Assembly (NCBI RefSeq): GCF_001306055.1
Contig: NZ_LGHJ01000016.1
Location: 180,001-212,000, forward strand
Length of the DNA: 32,000 nt
Direction: 5' to 3'
Origin: Bellilinea caldifistulae
GTDB lineage: Bacteria > Chloroflexota > Anaerolineae > Anaerolineales > Anaerolineaceae
A program made the translations under genes and the position numbers. Below, piece by piece: positions 17,887 through 26,337 of the stretch; position 1 is the first letter of the stretch; each line of letters opens with the position of its first letter. Below the pieces are notes generated by a model. That model did not search any database, had not been told where the DNA came from, and saw only the letters and a list, made by a program, of their open reading frames with translations.

Positions 17887-19488
17887 CTACGATAAACGAA
17901 TAACCGGTTGATTTTCCAATATGATAATCCCAGTTTGCAAATCGCGGGCAGTGATTGTCAATCTTTTTTGAGAATCGATGAAAAAAGAGATTTCAAAGCG
18001 AGGAATTGAGGGTTCAGCCGGAGGGTCAGCGATGAGAAATGTTGGGCAATGTTCATTGACAAAAAAATAGGTTCTCTCCTCGATTTGTTGGGAAGGAAGT
18101 TGAATGATCCTTGCCGAACCCTGCGGATCAAAAATCAGCTCAAGATTCTCCTGGGAGAAACCGCTTTCGCGTGAATTGCGTATTTCAAATATGGCCAGCC
18201 CCAGTTTCTGTTGACCCTCGTATGAGGCTTTGATCGTCAAATGCGAGATGGGCTGGGGGGTTGGATAAGATGTCCCGCTGGAAACAATTTTCTGGAAAGC
18301 GTATCGTCGGCTGTGTGGTTCAACATAACGGATGGCATAATCATGGCGCACATAATCAAGGATGTCCATTCCAGATGCAAACAGAGCCGCCCCTCTTGCT
18401 ACGGCGTCGAGAGGGCGTCTAACCTGGACAGGGGTAGATTCGAAGAAATTTTTTACATGTTGTTGAACGGCCGGTATCAAACTGCTGCCGCCAATCATCA
18501 ATACTGAGCTGATTTGGTCCTGAGAATATCCTCTCTCATAAGCCTGATTGAGAACATGGCGAAACAAATCGCTCACCTCATGGAAGAGATGGTTGCGTTC
18601 GAGGATGTTTTCAAACTCATCGCGGTTGAGGGTCAGGTTGATGAGCTTGTCATCACGAAGGCGGATGTCGCCGGTTGAGGCTTGTGGGTCATGTGAAAGG
18701 ACTTGTTTGACCCCTTCACAGGCGGATAGGATTTGGGTGCTTGCCTGCCTGACAAGAGGATGATCATCCGTGAGGGAAAACCGCGATAGTACTTCCTGAT
18801 AGAGCCATTGGTCAATCCGCATGCCTCCAATGTTTTTCCCAGCTTTTCCCAGCACCCGGCAGAGCGGTTTGTTTTTGTCTGTGGGTGATTCTTCCCCGAC
18901 AATGACCATTGCGGCGTTCATAGTTCCCCCGCCGAAATCAAAAACGAACAAAATTGTCCCGGGCTTAACCTGAATTCCGTAACCAATTGCAGCAGCGACA
19001 GGTTCGTCTATCAGGGAAATTTTGGGCAGGTGGTTGGATTCTGCCAGCGTATTCAACCAGTTGGTATAGAATTCAAAGGATTCAACTGGTGCGCTAAAGG
19101 CAACCCTGGCGGGTGAAATGGCCTGTTCTTCACGCAGCATCGTAAAAATGGTCGTTAGAAAGTCCTGGGCGGCTTTTGAAGGAGTTGTTTCGCGCTCATC
19201 CAACCGGATGCGGATGGGACTACGACTGAGAATATATTGTTTCATCCAGCGCATGGTACGGCGGGAGTCGCCCAGACCTTGTTGGAGAATTTGATTACCG
19301 ATCCAGAGGTGTCCTTCTGGTGAATAATGGATTAAAGATGGGATGAGAGGAATTTGCTCTCCATTTTGTGAAAACAGACGGCAGTAATCCGGAATTTTGA
19401 TCAGGGAAACCTGCTGGGAGTTTTCGTCCCAGCCAGCGATCAGGGTATTTGACGTCCCAAAATCAATTCCTAAAGCGGAAATTCCCAT
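17887..19488 (-). CDS. Divergent Hsp70-family ATPase (NBD plus truncated beta substrate domain, no helical lid)
   Basis: 533 aa. Motifs GIDFGTSNT, DEPVAAAIGYG, FDFGGGT, MIGGSSLIPAVQ and ARGAALFA, then about 155 aa ending in LTITARDLQTG, which resembles the DnaK SBD-beta motif. The C-terminal alpha-lid length is missing. Confidence 0.85.
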   Translation of the reverse strand: MGISALGIDFGTSNTLIAGWDENSQQVSLIKIPDYCRLFSQNGEQIPLIPSLIHYSPEGHLWIGNQILQQGLGDSRRTMRWMKQYILSRSPIRIRLDERETTPSKAAQDFLTTIFTMLREEQAISPARVAFSAPVESFEFYTNWLNTLAESNHLPKISLIDEPVAAAIGYGIQVKPGTILFVFDFGGGTMNAAMVIVGEESPTDKNKPLCRVLGKAGKNIGGMRIDQWLYQEVLSRFSLTDDHPLVRQASTQILSACEGVKQVLSHDPQASTGDIRLRDDKLINLTLNRDEFENILERNHLFHEVSDLFRHVLNQAYERGYSQDQISSVLMIGGSSLIPAVQQHVKNFFESTPVQVRRPLDAVARGAALFASGMDILDYVRHDYAIRYVEPHSRRYAFQKIVSSGTSYPTPQPISHLTIKASYEGQQKLGLAIFEIRNSRESGFSQENLELIFDPQGSARIIQLPSQQIEERTYFFVNEHCPTFLIADPPAEPSIPRFEISFFIDSQKRLTITARDLQTGIIILENQPVIRLS

Positions 19489-19509
19489 CCCGTTTGAGCC
19501 TGAACGCTG

Positions 19510-21048
19510 CTAACCTTCTGAACGGATATCCAGTTGAATCGGAACGAATTGATGTTCTGCTTCTTCGGTCTGTTGAAACGAAGCCGATTGAGCGCGGCCT
19601 TCTCGCAGCCAGTTGCGCAGCATGGTGATATTTTCCCGCTGAGAAACCGAAAGGGGTACCTGACGTTTGAGTGAGTAAAGGATGTCCTCGGTTGTAAATT
19701 CGCGTAGACCATCATTGAAACCAATATACATCGCATCAATCACCGCCTGTTCGATCTCCGATCCAACATATCCGCTGGAGGCTTCAGCCAGTCGGTCGAG
19801 ACGATAATCTTCCGGTAATCGGCCGCGTTTACGCAGATGAACAGCAAAAATTTCGCGCCGTTCTTCAAACGTGGGAAGATCCAGGAAAAAAATTTCATCA
19901 AATCTGCCTCGCCGGAGCAGTTCCGGCGGAAGGCTGGAAATATCATTGGCGGTGGCAACGACAAAGCAGGGAGCAGTTTTTTCCTGCATCCAGGTCAAGA
20001 TGGTGCCAAATACGCGGGTACTGGTGCCACTATCCAAACCTCCGTGAGCGAGGGCCTTCTCCATTTCATCAATCCAAACCACACAAGGAGAAACGGTCTC
20101 GGCCAGTTTAAGAGCTCGGCGGGTTCTTTCCTCCGATTCGCCTACCAGACTGCCAAAAAGGGAACCAACATCCAGGCGCAGCAAGGGTAAACGCCACAAC
20201 CCGCCGATCATTTTTGCAGTCAGACTTTTGCCGGTTCCGGGAATTCCGATGAGACCAATCCCTTTAGGAGCAGGCAAACCGTAAGCGCGGGCTTCCTGTG
20301 AAAAAGCGCGTTCGCGTAAGCGCAGCCAGTTCTTAAGCACACCCAGTCCGCCAACATCATCGGGGGTTTCGGTTACCGCGAAAAACTCGAGTGCTTCGCT
20401 TTCGCGGATGATTTGCTTCTTTTCCTCGGTAACCAGATCAATATCGCGGTCGTCTAATAAGCCGTCTTTGACAATGGATTTCGCGAACACCCGCTGGGCT
20501 TGAGAGGCAGTCAGTCCAATCGCCGCCTGAATCAATTTTTCTTTTCCCAATGGAGTCAGGTTGACTTTGACGCCGGGGGTCTGAATGAGCCGGTTGAGGA
20601 CTTCTTCCAGTTCTGAGAAGGTTGGAAGGGGAAAATCCACCAAAACGGCGTCGTCTTTCAATTCATCCGGAATTTTTGACGAGAGTGAGGTAATCAAGAT
20701 GGACTTTTTGGAAAACTTCAACCGCTGGCTGACATTTCTTAATTTGCGTTTGATCTGCGGATTGTTCCAAATTTCATGAAAATCTTTGAGAACAAAGAGC
20801 GCCGGTATGGCCGGATCAGCCGCTTCGATTTGTTCCAGTGCCGTGAGTGGATCGCGGGCAGTGTTTGGATTACCGCTGCCGACTAGAAGTTGAAATCCAT
20901 CGGCGGCATCCCAACTCAGAAGCCGGCGCTGGGTCTGTTCGCAAACCCGCTGAATTGTGGTTAACAAGCGTTCCTCTTCTGGGGTGACGAACACCAGTAA
21001 AGTGAAACGAGCTCTCAGGTATAAATCGAGTTGATCTTCTACATTCAT
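19510..21048 (-). CDS. Ycf46-like AAA+ ATPase (degenerate N-terminal domain plus classic-clade AAA C-terminal domain)
   Basis: 512 aa. Walker A GIPGTGKS, Walker [10 protein letters not shown], second region of homology [20 protein letters not shown]. The N-terminus [21 protein letters not shown] is typical of Ycf46-type proteins (from memory). Confidence 0.85.
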   Translation of the reverse strand: MNVEDQLDLYLRARFTLLVFVTPEEERLLTTIQRVCEQTQRRLLSWDAADGFQLLVGSGNPNTARDPLTALEQIEAADPAIPALFVLKDFHEIWNNPQIKRKLRNVSQRLKFSKKSILITSLSSKIPDELKDDAVLVDFPLPTFSELEEVLNRLIQTPGVKVNLTPLGKEKLIQAAIGLTASQAQRVFAKSIVKDGLLDDRDIDLVTEEKKQIIRESEALEFFAVTETPDDVGGLGVLKNWLRLRERAFSQEARAYGLPAPKGIGLIGIPGTGKSLTAKMIGGLWRLPLLRLDVGSLFGSLVGESEERTRRALKLAETVSPCVVWIDEMEKALAHGGLDSGTSTRVFGTILTWMQEKTAPCFVVATANDISSLPPELLRRGRFDEIFFLDLPTFEERREIFAVHLRKRGRLPEDYRLDRLAEASSGYVGSEIEQAVIDAMYIGFNDGLREFTTEDILYSLKRQVPLSVSQRENITMLRNWLREGRAQSASFQQTEEAEHQFVPIQLDIRSEG

Positions 21049-21154
21049 AAGATTTGATTTCTAATTCGTTCTTTTCAAGTGATTATAACGCATCCTTACT
21101 TTTCTTTCGGGTTGTGACATTTATCAACCAGAGCAGTGACAGAGGAATACTGAA

Positions 21155-21177
21155 AGTGAATTGGCTTTCACTATAAT
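21155..21177 (+). promoter_or_regulatory. Candidate -10 element with overlapping inverted repeat upstream of the AOR gene
   Basis: Perfect TATAAT at 21172-21177, 60 nt upstream of the ATG at 21238. The inverted repeat AGTGAA-N6-TTCACT (21155-21172) abuts and overlaps it. No convincing -35 was found. Confidence 0.3.
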
Positions 21178-21237
21178 TGAATTGAGGGAAAACGTGAAAT
21201 CCAATTCTTCCAAAATCTTCCAGATAAGGAGAGGCAG

Positions 21238-23403
21238 ATGATTAAGACCGACGTGGAAAAATTGCGGAGCGCACATAAATTGCTGGCAGAGTTTCGTTAT
21301 GACCTTCGCCCCGTGGTACGGGGGTATGCTAACCGAACGCTGTATGTCAATATCGGTGAAAACCGCATACAAAGCAAGTCGGTTGACGAGAAAATGAAAC
21401 GAACCTTCACTGGAGGAAGAGGTTTCTGCTTGTGGCTTTTGTGGAATGCTATCCGTGACGAGACCCGCTGGAACGATCCGGAAAATGAACTGGTCATTGC
21501 CGGCGGGCCGATTGGCGGAATTACGGCTTATCCGGGCAGCGGTAAATGTACGGTTGTGACAATTTCACCATTGACCCACACGGTAATTGATAGCAACAGC
21601 GGCGGTTACTTTGGACCATACCTCAAGTTTGCTGGATGGGATGCGCTTGAAATTCAGGGGAAAGCCCAGAACGATGTCATCATTTACATAGACGGAGATG
21701 AGGGGATTGTTCGAATTGAGGAATCTCCGCTTGAACCAGAGGACACCCATCTGATCAACCGGATGTTGACCGAAATGTATGCCGATGACCCCCGCGGACT
21801 GCGTGGAATCTCAGTCATTTCAGCCGGTCAGGCAGCCAATTACAACTCCATTTGCGGTTTGAACGTTAGTTATTATGATCCGCGCCGGGATGAAGTGCGG
21901 ATCAAGCAAGCTGCCCGGGGAGGTTGTGGACGGGTGCTGCGAGATAAAAAGATCAAGGCGGTTGTGGTGCGGTACAGCCAGGTCGGCGGCGACAGCAATG
22001 GGGTTGCCAACATGGACCTCATCCGAAAGGCTGGGCAACGGATCAACCGTGAAATCAGTCTGTTCGATGCTTCACAGAACGATATGCGGGGTACGGGCAC
22101 CCCCTATCTGGTTGAGATCATGAACAAGTTTAATTTGCTGCCCGTGAAGAACTTCCGTTATGGGCATCATGATGATGCGCACCGGGTTGCGGGAGATGTC
22201 TGGAAGCAGAAATTTGACATGCGTGGGCCGGATGGCTGCTGGTACGGCTGTACAATGTCCTGCGCACATGGGGTTTCGCACTACACGCTGCAAACCGGCC
22301 CCTATAAAGGAGAGGAGGTCTTCGTTGATGGGCCGGAATATGAGACACTCGGCGGGCTGGCTTCCAATCTGTGTATCTTTGACCCGGCGCAGGTTCTGGA
22401 AATGAATTTTTACGCCGATACGTATGGGATTGATAGCATCTCCCTGGGCAATTCGCTGGCATTTGCCATGGAATGTTACGAACTGGGTATCATCAACAAG
22501 GAAATCACGGGTGGGTTGGAATTGACATGGGGGAATTTTGATGCGGTTATGGAATTAATCCACCAGATGGCACGCGGAGAGGGTTTTGGCGTTGTTGTCG
22601 GTCAAGGTGTGCGTGCGATGAAGCGGCTGTTTACTGAAGATTATGGGGCGGACCCCACACTTCTAAATGACATCGGGATGGAGATTAAAGGGCTGGAAAT
22701 ATCAGAATACCTATCCAAGGAATCGCTTGCCCAGCAGGGTGGTTATGCACTCGCAACGAAGGGACCTCAGCACGACGAAGCATGGCTGATTTTCATGGAT
22801 ATGGTTCACAAACAACTTCCCACATTCGAAGCCAAAGCCGAAGCCCTGCATTATTTTCCAATCTGGAGGACATGGTTCAGTCTGCATGGATTATGTAAAT
22901 TGCCGTGGAATGACATCATTCCGGAAAGCAACAAGACTGCCAAGGAACCCGCAAAAGTACCGGAACATGTCGAAAATTACTGCTGGTTATACGAAGGAGT
23001 TACTGGCGAAAAGATTGACATTGACGGGATCATTGAACAATCGGAAAAGGTCTACAACTTCCAACGGATTTTCAATCTACGAATGGGATTCGGGACCCGC
23101 GAGCATGATTATCCGCCATATCGCGCGATGGGACCGGTAACACCGCCTGAGTATGAAGATCGCAGGGATTATTATGATGAGATTCTGACTAAAGAAGTCG
23201 GCGTAGATATCAGCGGTATGAGCACCGAACAGAAAATTGCCGAGTTGAGAAAATACCGGGAGAAACGGTATGACCGGCTGGTAGATGCTGTCTATCAGCG
23301 ACGTGGATGGACAAAGAAGGGTATTCCTACCCTGGAAACCATCCGGCGTTTGGGAATTGATTTTCCGGATGTGCTTGACTTAGTCCAAAAACATACCGGT
23401 TGA
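21238..23403 (+). CDS. Aldehyde:ferredoxin oxidoreductase family (tungstopterin) enzyme, long form
   Basis: 721 aa. AOR N-domain (RTLYVNIGENRI...FTGGRGF), GCWYGCTMSC cluster motif, YGIDSIS...AMECYE, GPQHDEAW. AAGGAGAGG lies upstream of the ATG. Confidence 0.9.
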   Translation: MIKTDVEKLRSAHKLLAEFRYDLRPVVRGYANRTLYVNIGENRIQSKSVDEKMKRTFTGGRGFCLWLLWNAIRDETRWNDPENELVIAGGPIGGITAYPGSGKCTVVTISPLTHTVIDSNSGGYFGPYLKFAGWDALEIQGKAQNDVIIYIDGDEGIVRIEESPLEPEDTHLINRMLTEMYADDPRGLRGISVISAGQAANYNSICGLNVSYYDPRRDEVRIKQAARGGCGRVLRDKKIKAVVVRYSQVGGDSNGVANMDLIRKAGQRINREISLFDASQNDMRGTGTPYLVEIMNKFNLLPVKNFRYGHHDDAHRVAGDVWKQKFDMRGPDGCWYGCTMSCAHGVSHYTLQTGPYKGEEVFVDGPEYETLGGLASNLCIFDPAQVLEMNFYADTYGIDSISLGNSLAFAMECYELGIINKEITGGLELTWGNFDAVMELIHQMARGEGFGVVVGQGVRAMKRLFTEDYGADPTLLNDIGMEIKGLEISEYLSKESLAQQGGYALATKGPQHDEAWLIFMDMVHKQLPTFEAKAEALHYFPIWRTWFSLHGLCKLPWNDIIPESNKTAKEPAKVPEHVENYCWLYEGVTGEKIDIDGIIEQSEKVYNFQRIFNLRMGFGTREHDYPPYRAMGPVTPPEYEDRRDYYDEILTKEVGVDISGMSTEQKIAELRKYREKRYDRLVDAVYQRRGWTKKGIPTLETIRRLGIDFPDVLDLVQKHTG

Positions 23404-23411
23404 TCAATCGT

Positions 23412-24080
23412 TTACCTTTCAGGCAGGATTTCAACCGATGTGACCAGCAGGGTGTTGCAGCCAGCATCCGCCCAGCTGCCTCGAAAATCACCCTGCTGGT
23501 CATAACGTGCAATATCCAGGATTTCAATTCCCTTGACCCGGACGGTATCTCCTTTGCGGATAACAGATAATTGATGGTAAATCTCTTCTGTTGAAGGAAC
23601 GGTATGTAATAAATTGATTGTCCCTGCTGGACGATTGGACTGATCGGTGTACCAGAAAAAGCGATGGTTGGAAACAGAGGTGCGCACCAGCGAGGGATCG
23701 GCAAATTCACCGCTGGTTACGAGAATATCGTGTGAAAGCAAAGGAAAAGCCCTTTCGTTAATTGGCGAGGCATGTCTGACTAAGCCTTCAAAAACAGCGG
23801 TGTTTTTCGATTCGTATCGAATTTTCCAGGTTTCGCCATTGCTGTCCTCCACCGAAGTAAAAGCAGAATCGATTTTCCAGGTGTCAAATTCGGGTACTGT
23901 GGTCCATAACAGGGTAATCTCGCCGGTTGAAATGGACCAAAATAAATAGCCAATCAGGAAAATCCCAATAAACAGTAAGGGAGAGCGAATCAGACACCCC
24001 AGCGGAATTAGAAGTAGCTGGCTTGTGGAGGGTTTTGGGGGTTCGCCAGTTGAAGGATTTACCGAAGGTTTATATTCCAT
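23412..24080 (-). CDS. Hypothetical protein with an N-terminal membrane anchor
   Basis: I chose the ATG at 24080 (MEYKPSVNP...). The track start at 24182 would run through the glmS leader. There is one TM segment (LLFIGIFLIGYLFW) and then a domain of about 170 aa with no motif I recognise. Confidence 0.55.
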   Translation of the reverse strand: MEYKPSVNPSTGEPPKPSTSQLLLIPLGCLIRSPLLFIGIFLIGYLFWSISTGEITLLWTTVPEFDTWKIDSAFTSVEDSNGETWKIRYESKNTAVFEGLVRHASPINERAFPLLSHDILVTSGEFADPSLVRTSVSNHRFFWYTDQSNRPAGTINLLHTVPSTEEIYHQLSVIRKGDTVRVKGIEILDIARYDQQGDFRGSWADAGCNTLLVTSVEILPER

Positions 24081-24085
24081 TGCGA

Positions 24086-24113
24086 TTGAATTATAGCAAA
24101 AGGCAGGTATAAT
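24086..24113 (+). promoter_or_regulatory. Candidate promoter for the glmS leader and glmS
   Basis: TTGAAT (24086-24091), 16-nt spacer, TATAAT (24108-24113). It lies about 55 nt upstream of the putative ribozyme cleavage site. Confidence 0.4.
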
Positions 24114-24167
24114 CAGGCATTGGAGGTGATAAGCATTACAAATCTGTGAAGAGAAACGGAAAAGACC

Positions 24168-24345
24168 AGCGCATGGCTTCACATCTCTGAGATCCGCGAG
24201 GTGATGAAGTGACGAGGAGGAAGGTTCCCTGCTGCAAAGCAGGGTTAACCGGTGAGAACAGAATAATGCATCTGGTCACCGGGAAAATCGAGGGATCAGC
24301 GGAAGCCTTCCGGGCGTTTTGACCGCCCATCTTTTCCTGAAACAT
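24168..24345 (+). ncRNA. glmS ribozyme: Probable glmS (GlcN6P-dependent) ribozyme; boundaries approximate
   Basis: It sits immediately 5' of glmS. AGCGC at 24168 resembles the A|GCGCC cleavage site. GAUGAAGUGACGAGGAGGAAGGUU (24203-24226) closely matches the Bacillus core GAUGAAGUGACGAGGAUGGAGGUU as I remember it. Hairpins follow at CCCTGC/GCAGGG (24227-24244), CCGGTGA/TCACCGG (24249-24282) and GGGCG/CGCCC (24312-24328). No covariance model was run. Confidence 0.65.
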
Positions 24346-24419
24346 GAATTGAGCAGTAAGTGAAAATCTCTTTCCCTGAGCGGGAAAAGAGAATTCTTGA
24401 AATGTTGAAAGGAGATATT

Positions 24420-26261
24420 ATGTGTGGCATTGTCGGCTACATTGGGGAACGCAATGCGACTCCGATTGTTCTCAATGGGTTAAAACGCCTGGAGTACCGG
24501 GGTTATGATTCAGCGGGGATTGCTGTTTTACAGAACGGCAGCATCGAAATTCGCCGAGATGCGGGAAAATTGAGTAAACTCGCCAGTCTGGTCGAAAGCC
24601 AGCCGTTAGAAGGCAACATCGGCATTGGCCATACCCGCTGGGCAACTCACGGAGAACCCAGCGCCCGAAATGCCCACCCTCACATGGGCAACAGTCGCCA
24701 GGTTGTGGTGGTGCATAACGGCATTGTTGAAAACTTCCTGGAGCTGAGAGAAGAACTCATGGAAGAGGGGGTGAATTTTAATTCCGATACCGATACTGAG
24801 GTGATTGTTCATCTGATCGAGCGTTTTCTAAGCGCTGGCACTTCGTTGGAAGAGGCAACCCGCCAGGCGTTGCGTCATTTGAAGGGTGCCCATGGCGTGG
24901 TGGTAATGTCATCCCTGGAACCGGATAAAATCATTGCGGCTCGCATCGGTAACGCCGGTGGTGTGGTCGTCGGTTTTGGCGAGAAAGAAATGTTTGTCGC
25001 CTCGGATATTCCGGCTATTTTAGATCATACCCGCCGAATGATTTTCCTGGATTCGCATCAGATGGCTGTTGTGACCCGCGAGAATGTGCGGGTGATGACA
25101 TTGGATGGTAAACCTGTTCAACCACAAGAACACCTGATCAGCTGGGATCCGGTAGCGGCCGAAAAGGGGGAATACCGCCATTTTATGCAAAAAGAGATTC
25201 ACGAGCAGGTGCGTTCACTGACCGACACGCTGGCTGGTCGTGTAGATTTTGATGAAGGACAGATCCGTTTGCCCCAATTAAACCTCACGCCCGACCTGGC
25301 AAGACGAATCCAGAAAATCATCATCACGGCTTGTGGTACGGCTGCTCATGCGGGCATGGTGGGCAAAGTGTTGATCGAGCGAATTGCTCGCATACCCGTT
25401 GAGGTGGATATCGCATCAGAGTTCCGTTACCGTGATCCGATTGTGGATCAAAACACGGTTGTGCTGGCGATCAGTCAATCGGGAGAAACCGCCGACACAC
25501 TGGCAGCGATGGATGAAGGGCGTAAACGGGGGGCGGTTTTGTGGTCCATTGTCAACGCGATTGGTTCCCAGGCGATGCGGATTGCGGATGGATATATTTC
25601 CATGCAAACTGGCCCGGAGATTGGGGTAGCTTCCACCAAAGCGTTTACCGCGCCGCTGGTGGATTTATATATGCTGGCGGTCTTGCTGGCGGACTTGCGC
25701 GGCGTGCTGGATTCGACCAGAAGGAAACAACTGGTCAGCGATTTGCGATTGATACCGGATCTGGTTGGGCGATGCCTCGATAGGGAAAATGAGATCATCC
25801 CGGTTGCAAGAGAAATGAAGTACATTCGTAACATGCTCTATTTGGGACGGGGAATCAACATGCCGATTGCGTATGAAGGGGCATTGAAACTCAAAGAGAT
25901 TTCTTACATCCATGCCGAGGCCTATCCGGCTGGGGAAATGAAACACGGTCCAATTGCGCTGGTGGATCGGGATATGCCGGTGCTGGCAATTGCCCCCCAG
26001 GATCCGTGGTATGAAAAGATGATCAGCCAGATTGAGCAAGCCAAAACCCGCGGAGGGAGTGTGATTGTGGTGGCAACCGAAGGGGATACACGGGTGCCAG
26101 AACTGGCAGATCACGTTTTTTGGGTGCCGCCAACGCCATGGCTGCTTTCCCCCGTGGTAACGGTCATTCCGCTTCAGCTGTTTGCCTATCATATTGCCTC
26201 TCTGCGGGGATTGGACGTGGATCAGCCCCGCAATCTGGCAAAAAGTGTAACCGTTGAATAG
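24420..26261 (+). CDS. glmS: Glutamine--fructose-6-phosphate aminotransferase (isomerizing)
   Basis: MCGIVGYIG has the N-terminal nucleophile Cys2. There are two SIS domains (SQSGETADT) and the C-terminal ...NLAKSVTVE. AAAGGAG lies 5-6 nt upstream of the ATG at 24420. The track start at 24360 is an upstream in-frame GTG. Confidence 0.97.
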   Translation: MCGIVGYIGERNATPIVLNGLKRLEYRGYDSAGIAVLQNGSIEIRRDAGKLSKLASLVESQPLEGNIGIGHTRWATHGEPSARNAHPHMGNSRQVVVVHNGIVENFLELREELMEEGVNFNSDTDTEVIVHLIERFLSAGTSLEEATRQALRHLKGAHGVVVMSSLEPDKIIAARIGNAGGVVVGFGEKEMFVASDIPAILDHTRRMIFLDSHQMAVVTRENVRVMTLDGKPVQPQEHLISWDPVAAEKGEYRHFMQKEIHEQVRSLTDTLAGRVDFDEGQIRLPQLNLTPDLARRIQKIIITACGTAAHAGMVGKVLIERIARIPVEVDIASEFRYRDPIVDQNTVVLAISQSGETADTLAAMDEGRKRGAVLWSIVNAIGSQAMRIADGYISMQTGPEIGVASTKAFTAPLVDLYMLAVLLADLRGVLDSTRRKQLVSDLRLIPDLVGRCLDRENEIIPVAREMKYIRNMLYLGRGINMPIAYEGALKLKEISYIHAEAYPAGEMKHGPIALVDRDMPVLAIAPQDPWYEKMISQIEQAKTRGGSVIVVATEGDTRVPELADHVFWVPPTPWLLSPVVTVIPLQLFAYHIASLRGLDVDQPRNLAKSVTVE

Positions 26262-26284
26262 TTTTTGAAGCGGTAAACGGGCTG

Positions 26285-26321
26285 AACGGTCTTCCCCGTA
26301 AGTGGGAAGACCGTTTTTTTT
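26285..26321 (+). terminator. Intrinsic terminator of glmS
   Basis: 12-bp perfect stem, AACGGTCTTCCC (26285-26296) with GGGAAGACCGTT (26304-26315), and a 7-nt loop. The 8-T run at 26314-26321 overlaps the 3' arm and ends the element. Confidence 0.75.
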
Positions 26322-26337
26322 ACATGTTCAGTTCTCC

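Noticed and set aside
19470-19739. The 89-aa minus-strand ORF bridging the AAA+/Hsp70 junction.
   Set aside because: It overlaps the conserved 3' end of the AAA+ gene in another frame, and it has no motifs or SD. It is likely spurious.
24081-24345. The minus-strand ORF 24136-24345 (69 aa), and the upstream extension of ORF 23412-24182.
   Set aside because: Both lie antisense to the probable glmS ribozyme and promoter. They have no recognisable motifs, and the extension is Cys-rich and atypical. The internal ATG at 24080, followed by a TM anchor, gives a more sensible protein.
24360-24419. The 20-codon N-terminal extension of the glmS ORF in the track (GTG start at 24360).
   Set aside because: GlmS is an Ntn amidotransferase that needs Cys as the first residue after Met removal. 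MCGIVGY starts at 24420 and has a well-spaced AAAGGAG. The extension would also overlap the ribozyme leader.
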